IMG/VR virus record: IMGVR_UViG_3300046000_006837
Location: 1 to 59,299 of that record
Reading direction: 5' to 3' (one strand)
From: a virus
Taxonomy: Duplodnaviria > Caudoviricetes
DNA length: 59,299 nt
Below, one piece after another: positions 42,650 to 51,280 of this stretch. The notes below the pieces were generated by a model, which was not told where the DNA came from, searched no databases, and saw only the letters and a program-made list of their open reading frames with translations. The stretch's first letter is position 1. Each line of letters begins with the position of its first letter. The position numbers and the translations under genes were made by a program.

Positions 42650-43085
42650 AATGAAAAAATTGTTTGTTTTTGTGTTATTTTTTTCTACTGTGAAAGGTTT
42701 TTCTCAATATTTCAGTCTTAATAATCCTGTTAGAAAATCAATTGACAGTATTGTGTGCGTAACGATTGAATACAAAAAAAGAGCTCCTGCTCCTTGTAGT
42801 ATTGAAATGGATACTTACGAAGTTCCCATCTATATGATTAGGGTCGGCCTTTATGATAGGGCAGTAAAGTCAGGGCCCGAAATCATTAAAATAAAGTTGG
42901 GAATACAAAATTACTACTATTATGCACGTATGTATAATTCCTACAAGAAGGCTGCTATTGATTTAGAAAAATTAAAGAAAGCCGGATTTTGTGATGCGTT
43001 TATTGCAGCCGCTCCTTTTGATATGCAAGGATTCTCGTTTTTTCCGGAAGGGGCAGGTTTTTCTAGCGAGATTATTTTTAAGTAA
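42642..43085 (+). CDS. secreted protein with SPOR-like C-terminus
   Basis: signal peptide; Y..A...L..LK..GF.DAFI. Confidence 0.5.
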   Translation: MIKMKKLFVFVLFFSTVKGFSQYFSLNNPVRKSIDSIVCVTIEYKKRAPAPCSIEMDTYEVPIYMIRVGLYDRAVKSGPEIIKIKLGIQNYYYYARMYNSYKKAAIDLEKLKKAGFCDAFIAAAPFDMQGFSFFPEGAGFSSEIIFK

Positions 43086-43128
43086 TATTAAGGCCTGCTT
43101 TTTAGCGGGCCTTTTCAATTTAACTTTT

Positions 43129-43380
43129 ATGGAAACACCTTTAGAACATATTTTATATTGGGCAGAAACAAAGAAAGATCAATACAGTGCTTTATCAAAT
43201 GTATCGAATGATCCTTCTTTTCATTTGGGTAGACTAGACGTAATGTTGGAGTTAGTAGCTTTAATTTACAAAAAACTACCAGAAGAAAAAGAAATGATTG
43301 AAAATGCTTATGAAGATGGTAAAACAGGGAATGGTAGAGGTAGCCACTACTATGAATCCTTATTTAATCAAGATTCTTAA
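43129..43380 (+). CDS. hypothetical protein
   Basis: EK..I..AY.DG motif. Confidence 0.7.
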   Translation: METPLEHILYWAETKKDQYSALSNVSNDPSFHLGRLDVMLELVALIYKKLPEEKEMIENAYEDGKTGNGRGSHYYESLFNQDS

Positions 43381-43729
43381 GCAAGTAAGTCGTTTGGTAT
43401 ATTAAACTTGCTATTTCGTCACAGGTATTCATCAAATAAGTATCTTTTGGAAGACTTTTAGATTTACTTTCAACATATTTACTTAACATATCAAAGTATT
43501 TTATAATATCTTCATCTGTTTTTATATTGTATATACTACCAGGGACTTTAATATCCTTAATGATTCCATATTTACCTTGATATGATTCTGCTAGTGTATC
43601 AACTAAATCAAGAATACTATCATAATAAGATTGCAGAGCTTTATGCTTGGCAAAAGAAGATGTTTGTAAATGATAAATTCTTGTTTGAGTACTAGAGTGT
43701 AGCAAAAATCCGATATATTCGTTTATCAT
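43364..43729 (-). CDS. ferritin/Dps-like protein (DUF5856-like)
   Basis: H.QT.S.A.HKAL..YYD....D..AE.YQG.YG. Confidence 0.65.
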   Translation of the reverse strand: MINEYIGFLLHSSTQTRIYHLQTSSFAKHKALQSYYDSILDLVDTLAESYQGKYGIIKDIKVPGSIYNIKTDEDIIKYFDMLSKYVESKSKSLPKDTYLMNTCDEIASLIYQTTYLLKNLD

Positions 43730-43766
43730 AGTTTTTTCCTATAAATAGTGTGCTACAATACAAAAA

Positions 43767-44366
43767 TTAACTTCTCAGATAAAAATCCAATAGCCTAACC
43801 AATACTTCTTCGTGGTCTACACATGTTTCTTTATCCATTATACTATTCATGGAATCTATAGTGGTATCATAATCATCGGCATCAAAGTTTATTTTTAGCG
43901 TCTTTAACTTATGTACGACCATGGCATCCGGATCTTTCTCTTTAAACATTGAGTCTATGAACTTTCTGTTAAAACCTAGTAAGTCAATGTCCATTTCACT
44001 CTTTAGTATAATATCGAACTCTTCCTTTAGCATATCGTAATCCCATTCTCCGGAAAGTGCTATCTTATTGTCTGCTATGATGAAAGCTCTTTTTTTATCG
44101 TCAGTAAGGTGGGTAAGTCTTATTGTGGGAACCTCTTCAAGATTTAGATGCTTAGCTGCCATAAATCTTCCATGCCCAGCTATAATCTCGTTATCTTCGT
44201 CTATGATAATCGGATTAACAAAGCCAAATTCTGCTATGCTATTCGCAATCTTTTCTACTTGAGCTTCGCTATGTATTCTCGAGTTATAATTTGATTCTTT
44301 TATTTCCTCAATGTCAAAAATTTCTATATTTAATTTACTCATGGTGTCTTTCATTATAGTGTTCAA
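43767..44366 (-). CDS. ParB/Sulfiredoxin N-terminal domain protein
   Basis: N.R.H...Q...I..SI.EFGF..PI.ID....IIAGHGR..AA, ADNK. Confidence 0.85.
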   Translation of the reverse strand: MNTIMKDTMSKLNIEIFDIEEIKESNYNSRIHSEAQVEKIANSIAEFGFVNPIIIDEDNEIIAGHGRFMAAKHLNLEEVPTIRLTHLTDDKKRAFIIADNKIALSGEWDYDMLKEEFDIILKSEMDIDLLGFNRKFIDSMFKEKDPDAMVVHKLKTLKINFDADDYDTTIDSMNSIMDKETCVDHEEVLVRLLDFYLRS

Positions 44367-44949
44367 TCAATAATCTTATAACTTCTGCGTTAGCTTTTAT
44401 GTCGTTCTCATTCATTACCGTCTTGAATTTCTTCATCATGTTCGTATAATCTTCTATGTTATAGGAGAAGACAATGCTTTTTTTATTTTTAGATGCAGGA
44501 GAAGATTCAGATTTAGTCGCAGATAAGATGTCGTCATCATTTTGGAAAGATTCATTTAACATTTCAAAATCCTCATAATCAAATCCCATGGCCATTGCAT
44601 CTATGTCAACAGAATTGAGATACTCTAATTCATCGCTTAATTTTGTATAATCCCATTCACCTAATTCTGTTAGTTTGTTATCTGCTATGGAGTAGGCTCT
44701 TATTTGATCATCTGTTAAATTTTCAATGCGGATAGATGGAATGGAATCTATATGTAATGCCTTAGCTGCCAGGAATCGAGCATGTCCAGCAATAATCATG
44801 TTTTTCTTATCAATGAGGATAGGAATGTTAAATCCGAACTCTGTGATGCTCTTCATTAATTTTGCTATCTGTTCATCCGGATGTATCTTACTGTTTCTTG
44901 GATTCTCTGATAATCTATTTACATCTATATATTCAATCTTATTCTTCAT
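44335..44949 (-). CDS. ParB/Sulfiredoxin N-terminal domain protein (tandem paralog)
   Basis: SI.EFGF..PILID...IIAGHAR..AA, ADNK. Confidence 0.85.
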   Translation of the reverse strand: MKNKIEYIDVNRLSENPRNSKIHPDEQIAKLMKSITEFGFNIPILIDKKNMIIAGHARFLAAKALHIDSIPSIRIENLTDDQIRAYSIADNKLTELGEWDYTKLSDELEYLNSVDIDAMAMGFDYEDFEMLNESFQNDDDILSATKSESSPASKNKKSIVFSYNIEDYTNMMKKFKTVMNENDIKANAEVIRLLIEHYNERHHE

Positions 44950-45256
44950 CTTTTAATGTTTGGGCTCTCCGTTGTCTATATATTTCTTTATCTTTTCTTT
45001 CTTCATATTTTTTTAAAGCTCTTATGTTTCCACTTTTAGCTTCTTCAAATAGTTTCATGTCTATAACGTAGTCTGCTTTATCTATTCCTTTCTTGTATGC
45101 TCTATATACTTCACTATTCTTATTGTAAAATTCATCTGTAAATGATTTCATATCAGATGTAGGAATATCTAATACATTCATTATTTTTTCTAATGAGTAT
45201 CCTAATGTTCCTACGCCTACTATTCTTCTTAGGAAGTCTTCATCATTATAATTCAT
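44939..45256 (-). CDS. possible terminase small subunit / HTH protein
   Basis: AY.KG.......L...AK.GN..A pattern and position next to ParB-like genes. Confidence 0.4.
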   Translation of the reverse strand: MNYNDEDFLRRIVGVGTLGYSLEKIMNVLDIPTSDMKSFTDEFYNKNSEVYRAYKKGIDKADYVIDMKLFEEAKSGNIRALKKYEERKDKEIYRQRRAQTLKDEE

Positions 45257-45777
45257 GTTTCTGGGTTTATGGATTGGTTTCTTAAATCTTTGTTCTTTAC
45301 TCTTTCTTTATATGCTTTTTTCATTTTCATTGATTCATTCTTTGATTCTTCCCATTGTGCTCCTAGTATCTGATGCATCCATTTCCAATAATCCCCGCCC
45401 TTTTTTTTGACTAGCCATTTCTCATACTCCGATCTCCTCAATACATCCTCTTTCCTACATTCCTTGATAAAGACATCATAAATGAATGCTTCATCTTTTT
45501 TCATCTTTTCATGTCTTCCGAATGGGAAATAATAATACATGGCATCAATTAGAAAATAAATTCTATCTGCGGAAGAGATGTCATTAAATGTTTTAGAATC
45601 TACGACAAATGCAAACAATCCTTTAATAGCATTTAGATGTAGTTTATCCCTGCGACGAATTAACCTGTCACTATAATCAGCACCCTCTTCTGCTATAATC
45701 TGTAAGTATTTATGAAAGTTGTCTAAATCTTTTCGTAAATATCTTCTCAAATAATCAGTAATGATAATACCACTCAT
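45253..45777 (-). CDS. hypothetical protein
   Basis: 174-aa ORF. Confidence 0.75.
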   Translation of the reverse strand: MSGIIITDYLRRYLRKDLDNFHKYLQIIAEEGADYSDRLIRRRDKLHLNAIKGLFAFVVDSKTFNDISSADRIYFLIDAMYYYFPFGRHEKMKKDEAFIYDVFIKECRKEDVLRRSEYEKWLVKKKGGDYWKWMHQILGAQWEESKNESMKMKKAYKERVKNKDLRNQSINPET

Positions 45778-45783
45778 GTAAAA

Positions 45784-46170
45784 CTATTTTTTAAATCTTC
45801 TGAAAAAACTTAGTGTAGCATCTTTTAATTTATGTAATATAGATTTTTCTGCATTGGAAAAGTTTTCCTGAACCATTCTTGGATTGCTTTTGATAACTTT
45901 ATCCGGGTCTATTTTAATATTGCATGAATTTTGTCTTTCATATTTAATTGCGTGAACTATCCTTGATACACTGTCGGTAACTATAACTCGGTCTCCTTGC
46001 GAAGTATTTAGATTGAGCTTATACACGTGCTCTGAAGGTATTGTAGTTCTAAATCCCGAAGCGTCCTCTCTTGTCTTATTTACAGGAGATGCTTTCTTTT
46101 TATTTTTAACTTCTTGATCCGTCTTTACTTCTTTTTGCGAATCTATTTCTGTTTTCCTAGGTCTGCCCAT
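45784..46170 (-). CDS. basic hypothetical protein
   Basis: MGRPRK AT-hook-like start. Confidence 0.7.
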   Translation of the reverse strand: MGRPRKTEIDSQKEVKTDQEVKNKKKASPVNKTREDASGFRTTIPSEHVYKLNLNTSQGDRVIVTDSVSRIVHAIKYERQNSCNIKIDPDKVIKSNPRMVQENFSNAEKSILHKLKDATLSFFRRFKK

Positions 46171-46236
46171 AATTACAGCGTTTTATTATAAATAGTGTTA
46201 TTTTGCTATAAACTTACTTTTTTATATAATTACACA

Positions 46237-46935
46237 TTAATAACGATTATTTGGTATCGGTTTTATGTTGTAATATAATTCTAAGTCTTTCTCCGCCAAA
46301 CATTTAATTAAGTTCTTAGATCCTTCGCTATGACTTAATTTATGGGAATCAGATGTATTCAATCTCTTTAATTCGGTAAATGGTATATTTAATTTATTGC
46401 ATATATCCCTAAAGTCCTCATCTAAAAATTCTGTCCGTCCTATAAAATTAATTGGCTTATCTATCCATGATATTTGAGTTACATGACTATCCATTATATT
46501 TTCATTTATAGTAGGATAAAACCAAAAATCATTTAGTAATTGAATTATCATTACATGCTTCTCGTGCAACGTTCCATTTACAGGTTCCGGGAGTGAATTG
46601 TCCTCTGTTAAAATCAATCCCAAACTTTTTTTTGCTAGCTCGCTGTCCTCATCCCATGAATAATTTAAAAGATCTGAATAATATGATTTGTACCACTGGT
46701 AAGGTTCGCGTATGAAAGTGAATTTGTAATAAGAGTTCCATACTGTATGACCATGTTCTTCTAATAACTGTGAGCATGTGTCGTGTCCATACGGAGGTTT
46801 ATCCCCTGATGAAATACAATCCGGGTCGACTTCTTTTAAATAGGTCTCTACACTAGTTGAACCAGTTTTGGGAATTCTTATGAAAATACATTTATATTTA
46901 TGAGATATAATCATGACATATAGATCTATAAACAA
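46237..46935 (-). CDS. sulfotransferase family protein
   Basis: FIRIPKTGSTS (5'-PSB loop), FIREP, Q..W, FIGR.E. Confidence 0.8.
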   Translation of the reverse strand: MFIDLYVMIISHKYKCIFIRIPKTGSTSVETYLKEVDPDCISSGDKPPYGHDTCSQLLEEHGHTVWNSYYKFTFIREPYQWYKSYYSDLLNYSWDEDSELAKKSLGLILTEDNSLPEPVNGTLHEKHVMIIQLLNDFWFYPTINENIMDSHVTQISWIDKPINFIGRTEFLDEDFRDICNKLNIPFTELKRLNTSDSHKLSHSEGSKNLIKCLAEKDLELYYNIKPIPNNRY

Positions 46936-47026
46936 TTATTTAACGTAAAAATGAAAAAATAGTTGCGTAAGTGAATTGTTTTTACTATATTTGCGCTTAT
47001 TATTTATTTTTAAACATGAACATACT

Positions 47027-47605
47027 ATGGAGACTATTTTTAGACTGAGGTTTAGAGCGGAAAAAAGTTTTGCGGAATTAAAGAAAGGTGAAATTATTGA
47101 AGTATTTGAAAACATATTCGATACCGACAACAAAGATTTAGGATATGTCTATGCGGGAACACCTAGAGGATTCTCTCTTGAGTCCTGTGATGCGTGGACG
47201 GGCTTTAGAGACTCTCTAGGGAATCGAATCTATGAAAATGATAACATACTAAGTAGATCCCTTGGAGACGATTACAAGCTATATATAAGGCTAGAAAGGG
47301 TAAGATGGAATCCGGTAACTCTTCAATTTTTCTGCGGGGACTATCCATTATATAGGTACCAAGAAATTAAAAGATTAAATATCATTAGTAACATAACAAA
47401 AGATAAACTTAATGAGATACAAAAGATTTTAGGAAATGATTTCTCGAATGAAGATCTAACTCATTTAATATGCCCTTTTGAAGTAATGGGGAATATCTAT
47501 GACCTGTCAAAAGATATAGACGGCAAAGAAGATAACTTCTACCTGCCGCCAAGTAAAAAAATAAGAAATCCAAAAAAATCAGAAACGTATGACCCGGTTG
47601 TTTAA
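47027..47605 (+). CDS. YopX-like protein
   Basis: TG..D..G..IYE.D and EV.GNIY; promoter at 46963-46993. Confidence 0.55.
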   Translation: METIFRLRFRAEKSFAELKKGEIIEVFENIFDTDNKDLGYVYAGTPRGFSLESCDAWTGFRDSLGNRIYENDNILSRSLGDDYKLYIRLERVRWNPVTLQFFCGDYPLYRYQEIKRLNIISNITKDKLNEIQKILGNDFSNEDLTHLICPFEVMGNIYDLSKDIDGKEDNFYLPPSKKIRNPKKSETYDPVV

Positions 47606-48510
47606 ATGCTTTTTATCATGTCAATCATTTCATCCTGCGGGAAAATATCCCATTTGCCGGACATGATAACGTTTGTATGAGAGAATACACCTTTTACAAG
47701 ACCTTTCTTTACATCATCCTTATAATCTAATGCTACGAATGGGTCTTGTGAATTAAAGTAAGTGTATAATCCTCCTTTTAAATCAATAGAGTGATCATTA
47801 GATATTTTTATAAGTAATTTTTTCAATGAAGATATTTGATTGTCAGAATATTTATGGAAATATCTAAATCCTCTAAAATCTTTTTTCAATGTGACTACTT
47901 GACTAGGATCTACTTCTCTTTTAGTGTATGTATAAAATTTAGTTCCTTCTTTTGTCAAGTATCCAAAATTACATAATTCAATTCCTACAGACCTAGAGTG
48001 CATATAAGTAGCTCCGATTCCTAAATGATATGCGTAATATTCTTTAGGGAAAGCCTCCACAATTACGCCGTCGTATTTATGTGAAACATTTGTAACATTC
48101 TGCCCACCGATAACATATTGAGTTCCTATTCTACCTCTAGTATCCGCGGTCCATCCATGAATAACATTGTACGGATTATCCCATCCTGCTGTGTGATGTA
48201 AAAATATATACTCTTTTTTTGTTTCTGTCTTTATATACTCTTTGTCAGGCATGTGTCTCCGGTCAATAACTAAATCTCCGGATACTTCTACTCTACTTAA
48301 AAAATCGGTAGTTAGCTCTCCTTCAAAAATAAGATTAACGGTATAATTATCTAATTTTCCGTCGGGGTAAACTTCATTATTTCTTTGTATATTCTTTACC
48401 GCAGCTTCTGTCAACGGATCATATTGTCCAGTTTTACTAAATCCAAAATACTCTTGAATCCTTTTTATTAAATCCATGTCTTGCATTTTATTACATTGTT
48501 TTAATCCCAA
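47602..48510 (-). CDS. endolysin: peptidoglycan-binding domain plus N-acetylmuramoyl-L-alanine amidase
   Basis: G.Y...T..AVK..Q...DG; LHHTAG, SVGIE, SH, K.D..P. Confidence 0.85.
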   Translation of the reverse strand: MGLKQCNKMQDMDLIKRIQEYFGFSKTGQYDPLTEAAVKNIQRNNEVYPDGKLDNYTVNLIFEGELTTDFLSRVEVSGDLVIDRRHMPDKEYIKTETKKEYIFLHHTAGWDNPYNVIHGWTADTRGRIGTQYVIGGQNVTNVSHKYDGVIVEAFPKEYYAYHLGIGATYMHSRSVGIELCNFGYLTKEGTKFYTYTKREVDPSQVVTLKKDFRGFRYFHKYSDNQISSLKKLLIKISNDHSIDLKGGLYTYFNSQDPFVALDYKDDVKKGLVKGVFSHTNVIMSGKWDIFPQDEMIDMIKSI

Positions 48511-48527
48511 AAAATATATACAACATC

Positions 48528-49061
48528 TTATTTCTTTCCTATCGACATGGCAGCACCAACTAACCTGCCAATACCTCCAACTTTTCCACTCTTAGGTTTT
48601 CTGCTGTAATATCCTTCATCTGTCTTTTTAAATGCATTAGAATCATTTTCTAATTCATTTGACATGTATTGACATAGGGTTGTCATGTAATCATGAGCTT
48701 TAGTTATTTTAGATTCAACCCATTCCGGTAAATCATCTCTTTCATTTATCATCTTGTGAATCTCTAAAGCATATTTCATAATGTCTTTAGCTTGATTTTT
48801 TGCCATTCTACCTTCTTCTGCATTTTCTCCATCATTAGGTTTTACATCTGGCATTACATTTTCTTTTTTCATGTTTAATAATTCTCTTAGTTCATCAATA
48901 TCTTCTTTTGTCAATTTAGTATATTTATCGACTTCTTTATCGGACATGTCTTTAGCTGCATCTTCTACGTTCTTTCCTACATCTGCTGCGGACATTTTCT
49001 TATCTTTATAGGCTTTTACTATTTGAAAGAATTTTTGCTGTTTTTCTGATTTTGATGGCAT
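48528..49061 (-). CDS. hypothetical (virion-associated?) protein
   Basis: MPSKS.KQQ.F and LPEWV.SKIT.A.DY motifs. Confidence 0.75.
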   Translation of the reverse strand: MPSKSEKQQKFFQIVKAYKDKKMSAADVGKNVEDAAKDMSDKEVDKYTKLTKEDIDELRELLNMKKENVMPDVKPNDGENAEEGRMAKNQAKDIMKYALEIHKMINERDDLPEWVESKITKAHDYMTTLCQYMSNELENDSNAFKKTDEGYYSRKPKSGKVGGIGRLVGAAMSIGKK

Positions 49062-49071
49062 TTTGTTTTGT

Positions 49072-49473
49072 TTATTCGTTTATTAAATCCCAAGTTTGTG
49101 TATCTTCATTCCATTCATATATGTTTCCATCGTTAGGATATGGTATAGGTGATTCCCATAAACAAGAGAATTCATTTAGTATCCACGATGGGAATGGTTT
49201 TGGTGGGATAAATGCATCTCTTTCTTCATCGTAATAATACCCAATTCCTGCGTAGTTTTTTCGGAATGCTTTAGTTTGGTCTTCGGATGGTTCATTGGTT
49301 ATTGGATTTAAATGAATTCCACCAATTGTATTGTATGAAGTTCTTTTCACGATACAATTATATATAGATGCATACGATTTTTCAGGATTATCTCCACTAA
49401 TGAGATAATCCTCGTCAGCTCCTACGATAACTTGATATACTATATTATTAGTCAAAAGTGCGTAATGTGCCAT
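49072..49473 (-). CDS. tail-fibre-associated small protein, paralog of 56379..56744
   Basis: MAHYA...TSYN...FRKNYAGIG..YD...DAFIPPKP..SW. Confidence 0.75.
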   Translation of the reverse strand: MAHYALLTNNIVYQVIVGADEDYLISGDNPEKSYASIYNCIVKRTSYNTIGGIHLNPITNEPSEDQTKAFRKNYAGIGYYYDEERDAFIPPKPFPSWILNEFSCLWESPIPYPNDGNIYEWNEDTQTWDLINE

Positions 49474-49474
49474 G

Positions 49475-50575
49475 TTATAAAAATGCTACTAATCCTGAAG
49501 TTCTTATTTCTACAGCAGTATACAACCCGTCCGTATAAGTTACTGCATTTGTCTGCGCTCCACCTGTTAATGAAATTGTTGCTCTGCTTGTTAACCATCT
49601 AATTATTACTACGCCGGAACCTCCATTGCCAGCTGAACCCGGAACACTACCATTAAAACCACCGCCTTCACCTCCATTGCCAGTGTTAGCAGTCCCAGGG
49701 GAACCCGGTGGTGAAGCTGTGGCTACCCCTCCTGCCCCTCCTACTGCTCTTGTTACTGAAGTTCCTGTTATACTGGAAGCTACACCGATCCCTCCGTTTA
49801 TCCCAGATCCGGCAGATCCAGCACCACCACCACCACCGCCTGAATTAGCAAGTCCCGAAGCACCTGCATTTCCCTGACTTGGACTTGTCGAGGGAACGTT
49901 GCCAGCAGCTCCACCACCGGAGGGTCCGTTACCACCACCGCCAGACCCACCCGATCTTGCACTACCACCACCACCAGCGGATGTAATTTGTCCGTAGGTA
50001 GAAGGGCTTCCATCACCAGCTGAATTATTGACACCACCCGCGCCTACTGTAACAAGGTATATTACTCCTTTTTCAATAACTTGACTTGATAGTAATCGAT
50101 AACCTCCAGCACCTCCTCCTCCACCCCGAGTGGCATTAGGTCCGCTACCTCCTCCTCCAATAATAAGAAAATCTACAGAAACAAAACCCCTTGATCCAAA
50201 GTTAACCCAGATGTTAGAGTAAGAATCGTACCATTCCGGATTTCCTGTTGAAGTATTGAATCTTATATACCCATCAAAATTACTGACTGGTCTTTGTGCC
50301 GTTGTTCCTACGGGTATTTTTAATACTGATGTTGTATCTAATGAGAATATAGATTCGTTAAATGTAAAAGAACCTGATGCAGTTGTTGCTTTAATTCCTC
50401 CCCGTATAGATGCACTTCCTGTTACCACCAATTTTGAAGTAGGATTACTAGTTCCTATCCCTACATTACCTGTGTTTGAGACAAATAGGTACGTTTTATT
50501 TACCCTTAATGGACTTGCCGCTAAACTTGATGATATGGATAAAGAACCTGTTAATTCTATTTGATCTATTCTCAT
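49475..50575 (-). CDS. glycine-rich tail fibre/baseplate-type protein
   Basis: GNVGIGT.NP, P.GTTAQRP, GGGGAGG repeats, GGSGVVIIR. Confidence 0.75.
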   Translation of the reverse strand: MRIDQIELTGSLSISSSLAASPLRVNKTYLFVSNTGNVGIGTSNPTSKLVVTGSASIRGGIKATTASGSFTFNESIFSLDTTSVLKIPVGTTAQRPVSNFDGYIRFNTSTGNPEWYDSYSNIWVNFGSRGFVSVDFLIIGGGGSGPNATRGGGGGAGGYRLLSSQVIEKGVIYLVTVGAGGVNNSAGDGSPSTYGQITSAGGGGSARSGGSGGGGNGPSGGGAAGNVPSTSPSQGNAGASGLANSGGGGGGAGSAGSGINGGIGVASSITGTSVTRAVGGAGGVATASPPGSPGTANTGNGGEGGGFNGSVPGSAGNGGSGVVIIRWLTSRATISLTGGAQTNAVTYTDGLYTAVEIRTSGLVAFL

Positions 50576-50614
50576 TACTTATCTGTTATTACTTATAAAT
50601 ATGTAGTAACTAAT

Positions 50615-51280
50615 TTAAATGTTATATTTCTCCATGTATATTTTAGTGTCATTATCCAGGATGTTATTAAATGTCGATGATGATAATGTCTGTGAGAATG
50701 GTGATGCTTTTATGTTTTTGAATGTATAGACTTTTCCTCCATTGCTTAGTACATGTTTTGTTAGGTAATCATCGCCGAACCATATTTTTAATTCATTTGG
50801 GATGTCTGTCCATGTATATCTATGTAATATGAAGAAGCATCCCCACCCGGTTCCTCTACCTTCATTGTCTGTTAAATATATTTTATTGGATGTTGGTTCT
50901 TCTATGTAACATGATGTTGATACTCCATAAATGCTAGTATATATGTCTTTATTATCTTGATGTGTTTTTATTATGTTCTGTAATGTTTTTTTAGATGTTA
51001 TATGGAAGTCATCATTTACTATCATTAAGTGTTTCCCGCGGGCTTCTAATGCGCCTAAGTTCCATGCCGGGTTTACATATATATTTTCATCTTGTGGATA
51101 GTATTTTATTTTAGGACTTATGTTTAATATGTTTTGTTTTATTGTTTGTTTGAATGTTATGTCATTGTCTATTAGAATGATTTCTTTTATTTGAGGTTCC
51201 CCGCTGAAAATTAGCATGGTCTTATAAAAGTTTTCTAAATTGCATTTCCATAATGTAGGAATGATTACGCTATAAGTCAT
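50615..51280 (-). CDS. GT-A (family 2-like) glycosyltransferase
   Basis: SVIIPT, IDN, WN.G, NDD. Confidence 0.8.
   Translation of the reverse strand: MTYSVIIPTLWKCNLENFYKTMLIFSGEPQIKEIILIDNDITFKQTIKQNILNISPKIKYYPQDENIYVNPAWNLGALEARGKHLMIVNDDFHITSKKTLQNIIKTHQDNKDIYTSIYGVSTSCYIEEPTSNKIYLTDNEGRGTGWGCFFILHRYTWTDIPNELKIWFGDDYLTKHVLSNGGKVYTFKNIKASPFSQTLSSSTFNNILDNDTKIYMEKYNI

Noticed and set aside
82-46976. Upstream TTG/ATG starts in the ORF track (82, 3396, 4153, 5485, 7855, 8933, 9719, 14223, 15033, 15368, 19036, 27459, 28965, 46976)
   Set aside because: They fall inside or upstream of the promoter boxes; downstream ATGs with A-rich leaders were used instead.
43740-50602. T4-type late promoters TATAAATA on the + strand
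   Set aside because: They point away from the adjacent gene starts, which are on the - strand; the reverse-complement reading fits all four cases.
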